64,000 nucleotides of DNA. Origin: Octopus vulgaris (taxonomy: Eukaryota). The stretch covers positions 57,660,001 to 57,724,000 of the forward strand of contig OX597829.1 in assembly GCA_951406725.2 (NCBI GenBank). The letters run 5' to 3'. Positions 26,050-40,589 of the stretch are shown piece by piece. Every line of letters begins with the position of its first letter. The first letter of the stretch is position 1. The notes under the pieces were generated by a model that saw only the letters and a list, made by a program, of their open reading frames with translations, was not told the DNA's origin and did not search any database. Both the position numbers and the translations under genes were made by a program.

Positions 26050-29000
26050 CATTTATCTATTATAAAGGTGGTGAGGTGGCAGAATCGTTAGCATGCTGGC
26101 CAAAATGCTTAGTGGCATTTCTTCCAACTTCACATTCTGAGTTCAAATTCCGCCAAGGTTGACTTTGCCTTTCATCCTCTTGGGGTCGATAAAATAAGTA
26201 CCAGTTGAGGACTGGGGTCGACATAATTGACTTACCCCCTCCCTTGAGAATGCTGGCATTGTGCTATTATTATTATTATTGATATTATTATTATTATCAT
26301 CATCATCATCATTATTATTATTATCATTATTATTATTATTATTATTATTACTATTATTATTACTATTATTATTACTATTATTATTACTATTATTATTGGA
26401 ACTGTAAATATAGAGGATTTCATTTGATTTGGTAACTCAGAAAATATGTCTGAAATTATAAAATGTTTGTGTTATACATACATACATATATATACACACA
26501 CACAAACATACATATATATATATATATACACACACACACATACATATACATACATATATATGTACACACACACACACACACACACAAGATTTAAATGTGA
26601 GCTACTATTAATTTGATATCTCAGGAATTACAATGGTCAGCCAAGCTTCTATAGCACGCTGTGTATATTCAGACAATCATTCAAATTCAAATATATATAT
26701 ATACACACATGCACACACACACACACACATGTACATATGTTGATGAGTCACATGTGTCATAACAAAAGAAGTACTCCTGAATATCATTGGAAATAGAGGA
26801 CTGAATTATAAAATAGCACGAGCATTGAACACTTACATTTAGGACTTTGAGTTTCACAACAGCAACTCAATACTTACTGCCATTCATCAGCACTTTGCAT
26901 GTTTAATGCAGAAGAAAACACTTTCAAATGGGAGAGCATCTACTTCTTGTTAGAAAAAGCAAATAAATATCTATCTGTTTTAAAGACAAGTTTTGTTGCC
27001 AACAGTGTTTTCTCCTGTATTAATTGTGCATTATACTTGCTACGGGTGATGAATGGTAGCAGGCGTTGCTTTACTGTTGAAAAACTCAGGGTTATGAATT
27101 TGATACCTTTGTCATTTAATAAATTTACTTGCGTATTTCCAATGATTTTGAGGTCTAATAATTCTTTTGTTATTACACACATCTTTTGTCACTTAATATG
27201 TGTGTATATATATATATAATCATCATCATCAACATCAACATCATCATCATCATTTATTGTCTACTTACCATGCTAGCAAGGGTTAGATTCTTTGACAGGA
27301 TCTGGCATGCTGCAAGGCAATGCTGAGCTCTAATATTAGTTTTGACATGGTTTCTGTGTTTGGACAGCCTTCTTGGTGCCAACTTTTGTACAGAATACAC
27401 AAGGTGTTTTTATGTGGCAACAGCACAAGTGAGAAAGCCTTGTAACTTGCAAGACAGAAAAAGAAAAGGGTAAAATGAAAAGGAACTATCTCCTACAGCT
27501 ATGAAGGGAGTCATTCAGAGGAGAAGGTGGAAATGGATTGATTTATGCCTAGGGTTGAAAGGCTAACAAATAATGATGGCGGTGGAGGTAAAAATAGTGA
27601 GTGATGAACAAGGGTGGAGATGTAGTTGAAGGGAAATACTAGTATACGTGTACGCGTGTACACACACACACATACATATTGCTTAGGTATAGTGAGACAA
27701 ATACACTGGTGTAGAACTCAATATGAGTCTGGTCCAGAACACAATGAAATAGAAAACAGAAAGAGATGATACCAGAGATACAAAAGTTTGTTGCATGAAC
27801 TTCATTAGTTTTTACAGCTGTTTCTGCTATATAAGGTGCAGTGGACTCTTTGTTGAGTATCAGAAAAACATCCTATAGGCTTCATCAGAGCCTTTAATGT
27901 GAAGTGCACGTCATTTGGGGAAATAGGTGTGTGTGTGTGTATATATATACATATATATATATATATACATATGTGTGTGTATGTATGTATATATGTATGT
28001 ATGTATATATATATATATATATATCAAAAAATATATATATTTATAAATTTTGGATTTGGTTTGCAAGATTCTTTATGTGAGTTCGTGTGTTGAAGCATAT
28101 TCTGTTGTTTCTGGGGAGAGTCATTTTTCTTTTTGTTGCATCTTGCAACCTTTTCAATAGTCTTGAGAGTCAAGACCATTGAAAAGGTTGCAAGATGCAA
28201 CGAAAATTTTAGGAAAATGAAAGTAAGAAATAAGTGGAAATTTTACTGGTGAGTGTGTTACATTATAAGGCACAAAAAGAAAATGACTCTCCCCAGACAC
28301 AACAATATACCCTTTTACTCATTTCAGCCATATGCGGCTGCGGTCATGCTGGAGCACCACCATGGTCTTTCTGTCTTCCTCAGGCTGGGTTTTTCACATC
28401 ACCACTCCTGTATGTACCTTTTTCCCAGATTTTGGTATATTTACTGTATAAAGGAGTTTGATTCCGCTACCCTGATCTGTATGTCATGTTGGGCTGTTGG
28501 TGGAGAGGAGGAAGTCTAGTTCCTTATTGAAGACATCTACACTCACCTTATGCAAATTTCTTAATTTTCGTGGCAGGGCATTGAAGAGCTGTGGGCCCTT
28601 GAACCCTAGATTATTGCAGTACCTGGTCCTGAATTTAGATGGAGTGGATGCAATACAATGGTGGCCAGTTCTGGCATTTGTATAACACTCAATGCCAAAG
28701 TTAGGTACTAGCCCTTCTAGGATTTTCCATCTGTATATTATTGCATATCTCTCATGCCTTCACTCCAGGGAATAAGGTTGTAGTTTTCTCAGACTATCCC
28801 TGTAGCTCATCTGCTGCAGTGTTTTAGTGTAGTAATGCTGGACCACTTCAAGCTCTTCTGTTGGTTTGTCACTAAGTGGTGACCATAGCTGAGAGTGGCA
28901 GTCCAGGCGGCTGAGAACAAAGGTCCTCTACGGAGTCAACATAACTTTTCTTGGTCTCTTGTTTTGAAGGACCTCAGTATCTATCCTGCCAGTTGCCTGC

Positions 29001-29725
29001 ACCTTGCTGCCATCTTGCTTATGTGCATATGAAATGATGCATCATTGCACATACTGATTCCCAAGTCTCTCACTGCCTAAAACCCTGGGGTTGTAGTGCC
29101 TTTGGGCCCTGTATAAGCAGGCTGTGGTGCATTTGTGAGTTGATAGTGCAGGGCTTGAAATTTTCCAGCATTAACCTGCATGCTATTTACTTCAGTCTAC
29201 TTGTATAATGAATTTAGGTCCCACTGTAAGCTTGCGACATCATCTTGGTTTTTTATTGCCTGTGATAATTTTGTATTATCAGCATAGCTAGTGACTGTGT
29301 CTGTCCGAGTGACCATGGGCATGTCTAAGAGAGCCATTATGAACAGCAATGGGCCCAGAACAGTTCCCTGGGGGACACTACTTAAGATTTGAGTATATAT
29401 TTGTATGTATATATATATGTGTGTGTGTGTGTATATATATATATACACATCTATATACATATATATATAATATAAATAATATATATACATGCATATATAC
29501 ATACATATATGTACATACTTACATCTATACGTATATATATATATATATATATATATACATGCATATGTGGGTACAGGACGTCACTTATATATACACATAT
29601 ATGTATATATACATACACATATATATGGATATATATATATATATGTATGTGTGTGTATGTATACATATATGTATATATATATATATATATATGCCTGTCT
29701 ATGTATCTATCTATATCTATCCATC

Positions 29726-29773
<48 letters not shown>

Positions 29774-32700
29774 GTACACATATATGCACACGCGCACACA
29801 CACACACAGAGACGTGTGTGTTTTGGCTTACAGACACATATACATGCTTACAAGCACATAACATACATGCATATATACAGATATTTTTTTTGTATAGGCA
29901 TCTTGTGTTTCGTATGACTGGCTTAAATTCAGCACTGAAAATCTTAATAAATCTAAACATCAAACATTTAGATAAATATAAGATCTTATATATTTATGTT
30001 ATTCCTATACTAAGTCTGCTTACCTGGGAAGGAGAACAGAATTCTCTGTTTGAATAAGCACTCTGCTCCATGCTGTTATATTATGCTTGTGAACACAGCT
30101 ATAGAAGTAAAAGAGTTTAAAGAAAACTAACCAGCAGAATGTCTTCCGTGAAGAAGACCCTCATATGCAACTGTTTTGGGCTTTAACTTCTTATATTGTT
30201 AGGGGACCAGATCATAACTCTTGGACATCCCTCTGCTTTGACATTCTATGCTACTGCCTGCATTGCAACCTTCCCACATGGTTAAAGTACACCAGATCCA
30301 AAGTATGTTGTAACCAGTTCAATCTAAGACCCAAGTGGACTGAAGGGTAAATTATGAGGAATTGAAATTAGATTTCAATTCCTCTTTGACCAGATTTAGT
30401 TGGAACTCTTCTCAGCTGCTGCTGTCATTGCCTGAATAACTCTCATTTTCTTTCTCCCAGCAACAGAAAGCCACTTTGAGATCAAATGCAGATTTATCCC
30501 AAAACCTCTTGAACCCAAAGAAGTGCACAAAGGAACATAAAATTAAACAAAAAATTTATTATTATTAGCAGTCATCTGCTCTTTTTCTTAACCATTTTGT
30601 TAGCATAATTTTGTTTCAGCTAATTTTGGAAATTAGGAAGAATTTAGTAAAATAATTATGTCATTATTAAGCTGGTGATTAGAATATAAATTAACATGAC
30701 ATTTTAATGGAATTTTTTGATTGAGATCACTTTAACATAATTTTGCTGAAATACAGTGACTTTGTTTCATTTTATTTTGGAAATTGTGCAGAATTTAGTA
30801 AAATAACTTGCATTCTTAAACTGATGTAAGGTGACAAGTTGGCAGAATTCTTTGCAAGTTGGGCAAAATGCTTGACAGCATTTCATCCAGCTTTACATCC
30901 TGAGTTCAAATTTTGCTGAGGTCGACTTTGCCTTTCATCCTCTCAGGGGTCGATAAAATAAGTACCAGTTGAGCACTGGGGTTGATGAATTCAACTTACC
31001 CACCTCCTCCAAAATTGCTGGTCTTGTACTAAAATTTGAAACCATTATTAAACTGATTGATATTTGGGACATAAATTATCATAAAATTTCAAAAGCAGCT
31101 TTTAATTTAGCTCACTTCAAAACAGAATGTTTGTATAATAAAACCAAGAGTGTTCTCAGGAAGATTGGCATCAACAGATTTTAATTGATGCAATTTACCT
31201 AATTAACTAGCTTCAGTGACTATTGCATCATTAATTTAATAAATAACTTAATGAATTTAGCTACACAGACCATTTGAATCATTGTCTTTTAAGTAGGTAG
31301 AAAAGTAGCTGTTAGTGATCATTAATGTGTAGGTGAAAAGTTGAAGATCATTTATCATAGTAATTAAAGGTGGAAAATAACTGTGTATTTGAGGTGTAAC
31401 TATGTGTGTTTTTTTTTTACGTATATAAGGTATATTACCTGATATTATGTATATTATTTACCATTCTCTGCTTTTTCCAGTCCAGCAAGGTGAAAACAAG
31501 CCACATACCAATGTTTAAAAGCTGACCGAAGCATTCATGGTTTTGCTGACTAACTACTAAACAGGGTATACACAAACACATACACAGATATATATATATA
31601 TATAATTACATGCTCACATACAATAGTCTAAACTGAATACATAGAAGCATTTATAAGTTGATTTTGAAGAAACTCCCCAAACCCTAAGTTGTTTCAAACA
31701 TAGCTAAAATACCATGTACAGGCTGTGTTAGCTATTTGAGAACAAAATTTTAGTTTAAGGAAAACCAATATATTTATTAAAAAAATATTTTAATAGAATT
31801 TGGTGCATACACACACACACACACACACACACACATTATGCTCTTAGCCCACATGTTATGTTGATTCATCCACTCCTCCCAATGAACCAAACTAGCTCTC
31901 ACCTTTGGCTTTGGCTACCTCTCTTCCCACTCTCCCGCAGTCTACTTCATTCTGACATCTCTCTTGTCTCACCACCCTCCCCCATCAGCTGTATTGTTAC
32001 TTTCCTGTCACATTCCTTCTGCCTGCTCCCCCCCTCATGAGTTCTCCATCACTACTTTTCACCTCAACCCAGTCTTTTTACAGTTGCTGGCTGCCTCCCT
32101 ATCCCTTCATCTCTTGCTCCCCAAACTTCTTGTCAAACTCTCAACCCCTTCTCACTCATTCACTTCAACACATCTAAGATCTTGAAGGGCCACCTGGACA
32201 CTTCACCTCTCAAATCTATACGATCATTCTCTCCCTTTTCTAGGCCATGCAGTTCTACTGCAAGGACCTACTCTGACTCCCTTCTTTCATACTGTATCCC
32301 CTCAATCCCCAGCATAAAGCTGAACACCTTTCTCTTGGGATTTACAGACTTGCAAGTTACATGATGACCTCAATAATGCTGGTATTACAAAAGATGGCAC
32401 CCAGTAGAACACACTGTAAAGTAGTTGGTGTTAAGAAGGGCATCCAGCAGTGGAAACCACTACAAAGCAGACACTGAGTCATGATACAGTTCTTGAACCC
32501 ATTGGGGTCCTGCTAACCTGTCCAACCCATGCCAGCATGGAACATGGACATTAAATGATGATGATGTATCAAATGTCTATTCAATGAAACTGCCATCAGC
32601 CATAATTACAGACTTCACACAGCTTCTGAAATGTCAGAGTGTGTTTATCAGGTAATCTTTATTCACTTCATCTAAGATTTTGGACAAAGATCTTATCTGA

Positions 32701-35523
32701 GAAGAACCAGAGCATGTTGGGCTCCTTGGGGTGCTTGAGTTTGTGCAGCAAGTGCTCTAACTGGGTCTTAGTGGACATGAACTGCCCTCTTCTCTTAACA
32801 GAAGATTTATACCTGATGTCTCTGTGTTGCCTCCAACACATGAAGATGATTGGCAATGGCTCTCATTGACTTTCCAGGATTCTTGTTAATGGTGCTCCGG
32901 ACTTGCTGGACAAACTCAACTTTCATGACAATGTCTGACCATTGAGAAGCTTTTATATATTGGGGATTAAAAAAAGAGATGTTTAGTTAAAGATTGAGCC
33001 ACTTATGGGTTTTAAAAGTTTTGTTCTCAAATAGCTGATGCACCATAATTATATTGCTAAGGCATTATATAATTTTTGAAAACCATTCTGTCATGTAGAA
33101 TATTTCTATTAATGGCTTTGAAAAGTTTAAGGAATATCTTATTCAACAGTTTATTTGTGGTTTGTGAAAGTGACTATTTACTATGGGATTAGATCAACTT
33201 TGGACTAGAATCAATTGCCAATCTTCAAGAAGTTGGTAAGACTGATATTGGTTTGGAGAGTTATTAGATTCTTTAGAAATGAGATAGCAAGTTCCTAATC
33301 TTCCCATTCTGTTGGTGTCTGTATGCCATTGCTAAGCATTTAAATGGCATTATGCTATGATTCTTTATGGCTTTAAGTTGAAAATGAAGAGGGATTAGAA
33401 ATAAATGTTAGAATTACATCATAATTCATTGATTGATCAACAGAATATGTCCACCTGGTGTGATTTCATTTAATTTCGGAAAAGTAAGGCACAAGCACGG
33501 CTGTGTGGTAAGAAGTTTACTTCCCAACCACATGGTTCTGGGTTCAGTTCCACTTGTGTGGTACTTTGGGTAAGTGCCTTTTACTATAGCTTTGGGCTGA
33601 CTAAAGCTCTGTGACACAATCTGGTTGATAGAAACTGAAAGAAGCTTTATATAAGTATGTATATGTGTGTGTGTGTGTGTGTTAGTGTTACTGTCATAGT
33701 AGCAGTGTCATTCATTTCCAATATTTTGTGAAGACAACATGCCTGACCATGGAGGAAATGTCTTACTTGTAAACAAGTAAAGGTCTCAAATAAACTCTGT
33801 CTGATCCATGCCAACATGGAAAATTGGATGTTAAATGATCATGATGAGTAAGGTCCTACACATTTTATTATGGTAATAACATCCAGTTTGACAGTCCATT
33901 AACAGAGATCTCACCTTTGTCTAAGAATATGTATATTTTTTACATTATCATTCATATATGAGTATGGCCAGCATTAATGATTACCAATTGATATTTTTGC
34001 TACACTCATGGTCAGTTCTTTAGCACTTAAACACTTCATATCTGACCCAAATATTCTACTTGTTTTATGGTCAAACAGAACAGATTTGGTCTCTCACGCC
34101 GATCCTACAATGTCATTCTCAAACTGAACAATCACATCATTGGAATTTTGAAACTACGAGACAATATATGATTAATTGAAAACAATGTGAATTAGAAAGC
34201 ATTACATTTGACAGAATAATCTGAATGCTAAAGAGTTATTCTGACCAATTTAGGCAAGAGAACTTCCTGCACATTTTGAAGCACATGATCTGTGTGGATA
34301 GACACTTCTGAATTCAGGTTACTCTGTCAAATGTAATACTTAATCATGTGTTATCATGTACCAGTCATGTATTATCTCAAAGTTTTTTGAGATTTCAAAG
34401 ATAGGGTTGTCTAGTTTTAGAATAACAGTGTAGAAATGGGTTTCAGAGGCTAGAATTGGATACTTTAAACAAAATGGTAGAATATTTGTATCAGATATGG
34501 ATGCTTTAAATGCTAAAGAGTTCAGAGCTGTAAAAGATATATATATGTACAAAGTAGTATAGTGAATAAAAACATAATCATGAAGGAACCAAAGTTTTTT
34601 TACTCTGTGATAAACATTTCTATTCTTTACTATGAATGGAACTGATTAAAAGAAAAGAAGAATGGGTAGCATTGTTTCTTTCCCAAAAAGTGTGACAGAA
34701 TTTAAAAATGCTTTTTTACTTTCAACATTCAGTGTCTATACATACACAAATAAAATGTGTTGGCATTGACCAAATTCTAATGTTTTCACATACTGCTGGT
34801 TGCAATGCTCTTTCTTGCAGTGTTTTCCATTTCAAACGGTGCCACGCATCCGGAATGAGGTGTCAGATTTATCTCTAGTATAATCATATAAATAATACGT
34901 ATGTATGTACGTACGTATGTATACACACGCATACATGCATCTATCTATATTAAACTCTTTTATCTTTTACTCGCTTTATTCATCAGACAGTGGCCAAGCT
35001 GGAGCAATGCCTTGAAAGGTTTTAATCAAGCAAATTGATGTCAGTGTTTATATTTTTAAGTCTGGTATTTATCATATTTGTCTTTTTTGCTAAACAAAGC
35101 AACACTGGTTGTCAAGCGTCAGTGGGGAAGAAACCCAACGAAACAAATAGATACATAGCACGGGCTTCTTTCAGTTTCCGTCTCCCAAATCCACTTACAA
35201 GACTTTGGTCAACTTGAGCTTATTGTAGAAGACACTTTTCCAAGGTACCATGTGGTGGGTTTAAGGTCAAAACTATGCTGTTGGGATGCAAACCCTTTAA
35301 CATTCACATACACAGCCGATAAGTATACATGTAACATATACAGACATAAATGTATATATATATATGTATATACATGCACATGTGTGTGTGTGTGTGTGTG
35401 TGTGCGTGCGCACACAAGTGCATGTGTGTGTGTGTGTGTGTGTGCATGCATGTGTGTGTGCTTGTGTGCATGCGTGTGTGTGTGAGTCTGCATGCATGTG
35501 TGCGTGTGTGCACATGCATGTGT

Positions 35524-35557
<34 letters not shown>

Positions 35558-36084
35558 TTAACGAAAACTTGAAATGCAGAACAGAATAAATTTAAAACAT
35601 AAAAGAGAAAACATGTATGAAAAATTTCGCTTATTTTTTTTTGTAATTAACATTACTTTTTATATGAGTATATTAATTGTTTATCATATTTGTTTATTAT
35701 GTAAATAATCATTGGTTGTTCTTTTTACAGGAATAAAACTGACCAAGTCTTTGAGCCTGAATGCATGTGTGTGTGGGAGGAGGTGTGTGGTTGCACATGA
35801 ATATGTGAGCGAATGATAAGTGTGAAGAAATGTGTGGGGCTAGGACTGTAGGTAAATGTTCATACCTATATATATATGAATGTATACATGTGTGTGTGTG
35901 TGTGTGTGTGTGCATGTATGTATATGTATATATATGCATGCATGTGTATGTATGTATATGTTTATATAGATATTTGTATCAAATGAAATAAATGAAAAAC
36001 AGGACACAAAGGATGTTGCGGTACATATGTTTCGGGCTTTAGAGAACAACTTATGTTTATATATATAAATATGTATATGTGTTT

Positions 36085-36116
<32 letters not shown>

Positions 36117-36179
36117 GTATATGTATATGTATGTGTATATATATGTATATATATATGTATATGTATATATATGTATATA

Positions 36180-36230
<51 letters not shown>

Positions 36231-36619
36231 GTGTATATACATCAGGTAAGAGAAGTGAATTGAGAATAGATGTTTACTCCATTTGTTGACAGTTGTATTG
36301 TAATCTGTATTCTTACACAAGCAATACTATATGGTTCACCACATACATAGAAATAAATCTACACACACACACACACACATGTATGTATATATACACCCAT
36401 TAATATGATTGTGCTGTAACATAATGGACAAACTATACTTCCTGGAATAAACATCTGGTCTGTCATTTCACTTTTCTTATCTGATCAATCTTTATACATA
36501 CTCTCTACCAACACTTGTATCCCTGGATAGGCCAGGCAATGGTGAGGCTATATTCTACACCTAACCATGGTTTTATAGCCACCAGACAGTGCTCTGTTTG
36601 ATTCTTTGAATCTCTGTTC

Positions 36620-36650
<31 letters not shown>

Positions 36651-36668
36651 ATATGTATATATATATAC

Positions 36669-36716
<48 letters not shown>

Positions 36717-36800
36717 GTATATATATACGTATATACATATGTATATATATATATATACATATATACATATGTATATATATATATATATATACGTATATAC

Positions 36801-36851
<51 letters not shown>

Positions 36852-38653
36852 TATACGATGATGTTGATATGTATATATATGTGTGTGTGTATGTATGTAA
36901 ATATATGTGTGTGTATGCATTGGTGTATATATATACCTATCTCTCTGTTTATTTATATATATGTTTGTGTATGTATGTATGTATGTGTATATATTAAACA
37001 ATGTAGTTGTGTAAGGCCAGAACAATGCAAGAAGGTACAAATTAAACTACAAAATGAAAAGAAAACTGAACAAAATTGCAGCTTTGTATTCTTATATTTC
37101 AGAGTGAAGACCCCCTCTTCAGGACATTCAGAAAAGCTTTCTGAAATGTCCTGAAGAAGGGATCTTCACCCCAGAATATAAAAATACAAGGTAAAACTGC
37201 AATTTTGTTCAGTTTTGTTTTCATTTTGTAGTTTAATTTGTACCTTCTTGCATTGTTCTGGCCTTACACAACTACATTGTTTAATATATATATACATCAC
37301 AATGGTTCAAGAAAACTAGTTCATATGTGTGTGTGTGTGTGTGCGCGAGTAGATAGATAGACAGGTATTTATATATTTGCATATTATATATAAATTTATA
37401 TATATATATGTATGTATGTATATATATATATATATGTATGTATATATGTATATATATATATATGTATACATACATACATATATACATGCATACACGCAGA
37501 GTGCCCCAGATAGATTTACTCATAGATATCTCTTAATTATTCAAAATAAACTTAAGGTAGGAAAATGAAATTTGGTACACCTGTTCTCAGGTAAATTGTC
37601 AATCCATTGCAGTAATTACATTTCAAAATGCCTGCCTTTTGCCTTGATCATAGCCTGCAAATAAATGGTCACTGAGTTGCATGGGTACCATACCACCTCT
37701 TCAACTAACTTGATCCATGAAGACAGAAAGGCTTTCTTCAGATCTGACACATTTGAATAGGGGTGAGCAGAAACATTACTCTCTAAGATGGACCAGATAG
37801 CGAAGTCCATGGGATGGTGTCTGACCTTGTGTGAGGCCGTATCGTCTTATTCCCAAAACTGCTGAAGTGCTCTTTGCACAAGCTCTGTGTCAAACTGGAT
37901 ATGTAGGCTGTTGCCCCATCATCAATGAAGATCAAAGGTAACTTGAACCCATTAGATGCAACTGTGGCCCACACCATGAGTGAAGGTAGCTGCTGATGGT
38001 GTAAATGACTCCTGCTACCTTTGGGCAAGTATCCCACATTATGTGCATAAAGCCTGTCGTTCTGTCTGTTGGTAACTACCTCCACAGTGAAGATTTTCTT
38101 GTCAGAATAGATCAATACTTTGTCAGTGGTGCACTTCCTCTTGGCTAACATGGCTTTACCCCTGTTGAGCCATTTCTTGGAAGCTGACGAAATTAACTGC
38201 TTGGATTGTTTCTCGTATGCAGTTAACTTTAAATCCTCTTTAAAATCCCTGTGCATTCACAATTCCAAAATTTCAAGGGCTATTGCAGTTTTTCCCGCAC
38301 TCCAGCAGGGATTTCGGTTCATTTGCTTCTTCACAGATTCAACAGTTTGTTTGATACGAATTGATTGTTTCTTACCAGGAATTGGCTTGTGAGAGGTAGT
38401 AGCAGATTCTACATGTTGATTCCAGGTTTTGAACACTGTTTTACAGCACACATTCAGCCGTTTTGCTATGCCCTTGCGGCTCACAACAGCTGTTTTCAAA
38501 GTGACAATCTGGACAAGTTTTGCTTTTGCTTACAAACCTGTTATAGACAAATGAAACAAGACATATGCAAATCTTTATGCAAAATGTAGATAATATTACC
38601 TGAACTGATATCCTTTAGGAAATTTTAAACATGAGTAAATCTTTCTGGGACAC

Positions 38654-38712
<59 letters not shown>

Positions 38713-39699
38713 GATTTAATCCAATAAGTAGTTACCTCAGAATATATGAATATAACAAAAAGTTTCTAACAATGCTGTGTGTGTGTATGCTTTATGAGTA
38801 ACCATATGATTTGAATTTGGTTCTTCAGTTTTCTCTTTATTGGTGACATTATTTTGTCTTTGCTCTCCATCTCTCCTTTTCTCTTTATCTCCTTCTGTTT
38901 TTCACAACTTTTTTTTTTTCCCCCTATCACTTAATTTTCTTTCCTTGTTAGCATGTATGACAGAAACAACGGAGTGTGCACGTAATGCTTGTGACTTACT
39001 TAACCCTTCAGCATTCAGATCATTCACTCGTAAATGTAAAGCTTATCTATTCACATGGTTTTCAATCAATCATTTTTATTATCTCTTAGTTTTGAGATTT
39101 CAATGATGGAATCACTTAGTTTCAGAATGACATTGTAGGGTAGGTGTGAGAGGCCGGATCTGACTGGCATGAGCATAAAACGGGTAGAATAAATGAGCTG
39201 GAAATGGGTGGTTTAAATGCTAAAGGGTTAACTTAAGGCTGTGTGCACATGTATGAAAGGAGTTCAATGCTAAAAGTGTGTATATCTATTATATATGCGT
39301 GTATGCTTGTGTGTGTTTCCGTATTATTTTTTTTCTTTTGTCAGCATGCATAAAAGAAAGGAGAGTGTGCATGTGTGTGTATGTGTATATGTGTGTGTGT
39401 GTGTGTGTTAGTGTCTTACGTAAACATATCTTTGATATTTTAGTTCTTATTCCGTGCACCCACATTTATACATTTTCTCTATTGCCTCTCTCTCATTCTC
39501 TCTCTATCTCCCTGTTTGTCTCTCTCTCTCCATCTTTGGCCCTCCTGCCTAACTTCCTACATCCTCCCTCTTTCCTTACTTTTTTGCTAACTTTCATGCA
39601 GCTATTGCACATATACACCTGAGGACACACACACACACACACACACAAACACACGCACGCACACACACACGCACAAACACACACACACACACACACGCA

Positions 39700-39735
<36 letters not shown>

Positions 39736-40552
39736 AACACACACACACACACACACGCACAAACACACACACACACACGCACAAACACACACATGCACAA
39801 ACACACACACACGCGCACAAACACACACACACACACACACGCACAAACACACACATGCACAAACACACACACATACGCGCACACACACACGCACAAACAC
39901 ACTATTTATTGCATTAGTAAATAAACAGATTCTAAAGCTTCCTTGTCCCTTTCTCTCTCTCTCGCTCTTTTTTTTTTTTTTGCCACTTGCATGCTTTTTC
40001 TTCGTCTGTCTGTCTGTCACTCACTCACTCTCTCTCTCTCTCTCTCTCTCATCTTTTCTTGCTGCTGCCTACTATGTCTCTCTCTCCTTCCCTTCCCTCC
40101 CTCCCTCATTCTCCATTTCTGTCTGTCTCATCTCATTTTGAATTTCTTTTCCTCATCTTCATCATTTTTTGTCCAATTGTTGATATTTTTTTAAATACTT
40201 TTATAACAATTTAAAAGAAAAAGTAAAAAAAAAAAAAAAAATGATATTTTGATATTTAAAAAAAAAAATAATAGTTCTTCGCCGATATCTGCTGGATTTT
40301 TTTTTTTTTTAAATGCATTAATGTTCTCTTTAATTTCACTTTCTAAAGGACAGTGATGTGGGCTGCAACAGAGAAGGCTGCAAGGCCGGCTGTAAACTAG
40401 GTCTTGTTTCCAATTCTTTGTGATACCTGTCAGGGTTAAATATTTACTCCACTTCCTCCAGCAGACAGATTCTCAATAACACACAATAAAAACACAAAGA
40501 AAAAGAAAACCAATATCTTATAATAAACAAAACAAAAACAATTTCAGTTTAA

Positions 40553-40589
<37 letters not shown>

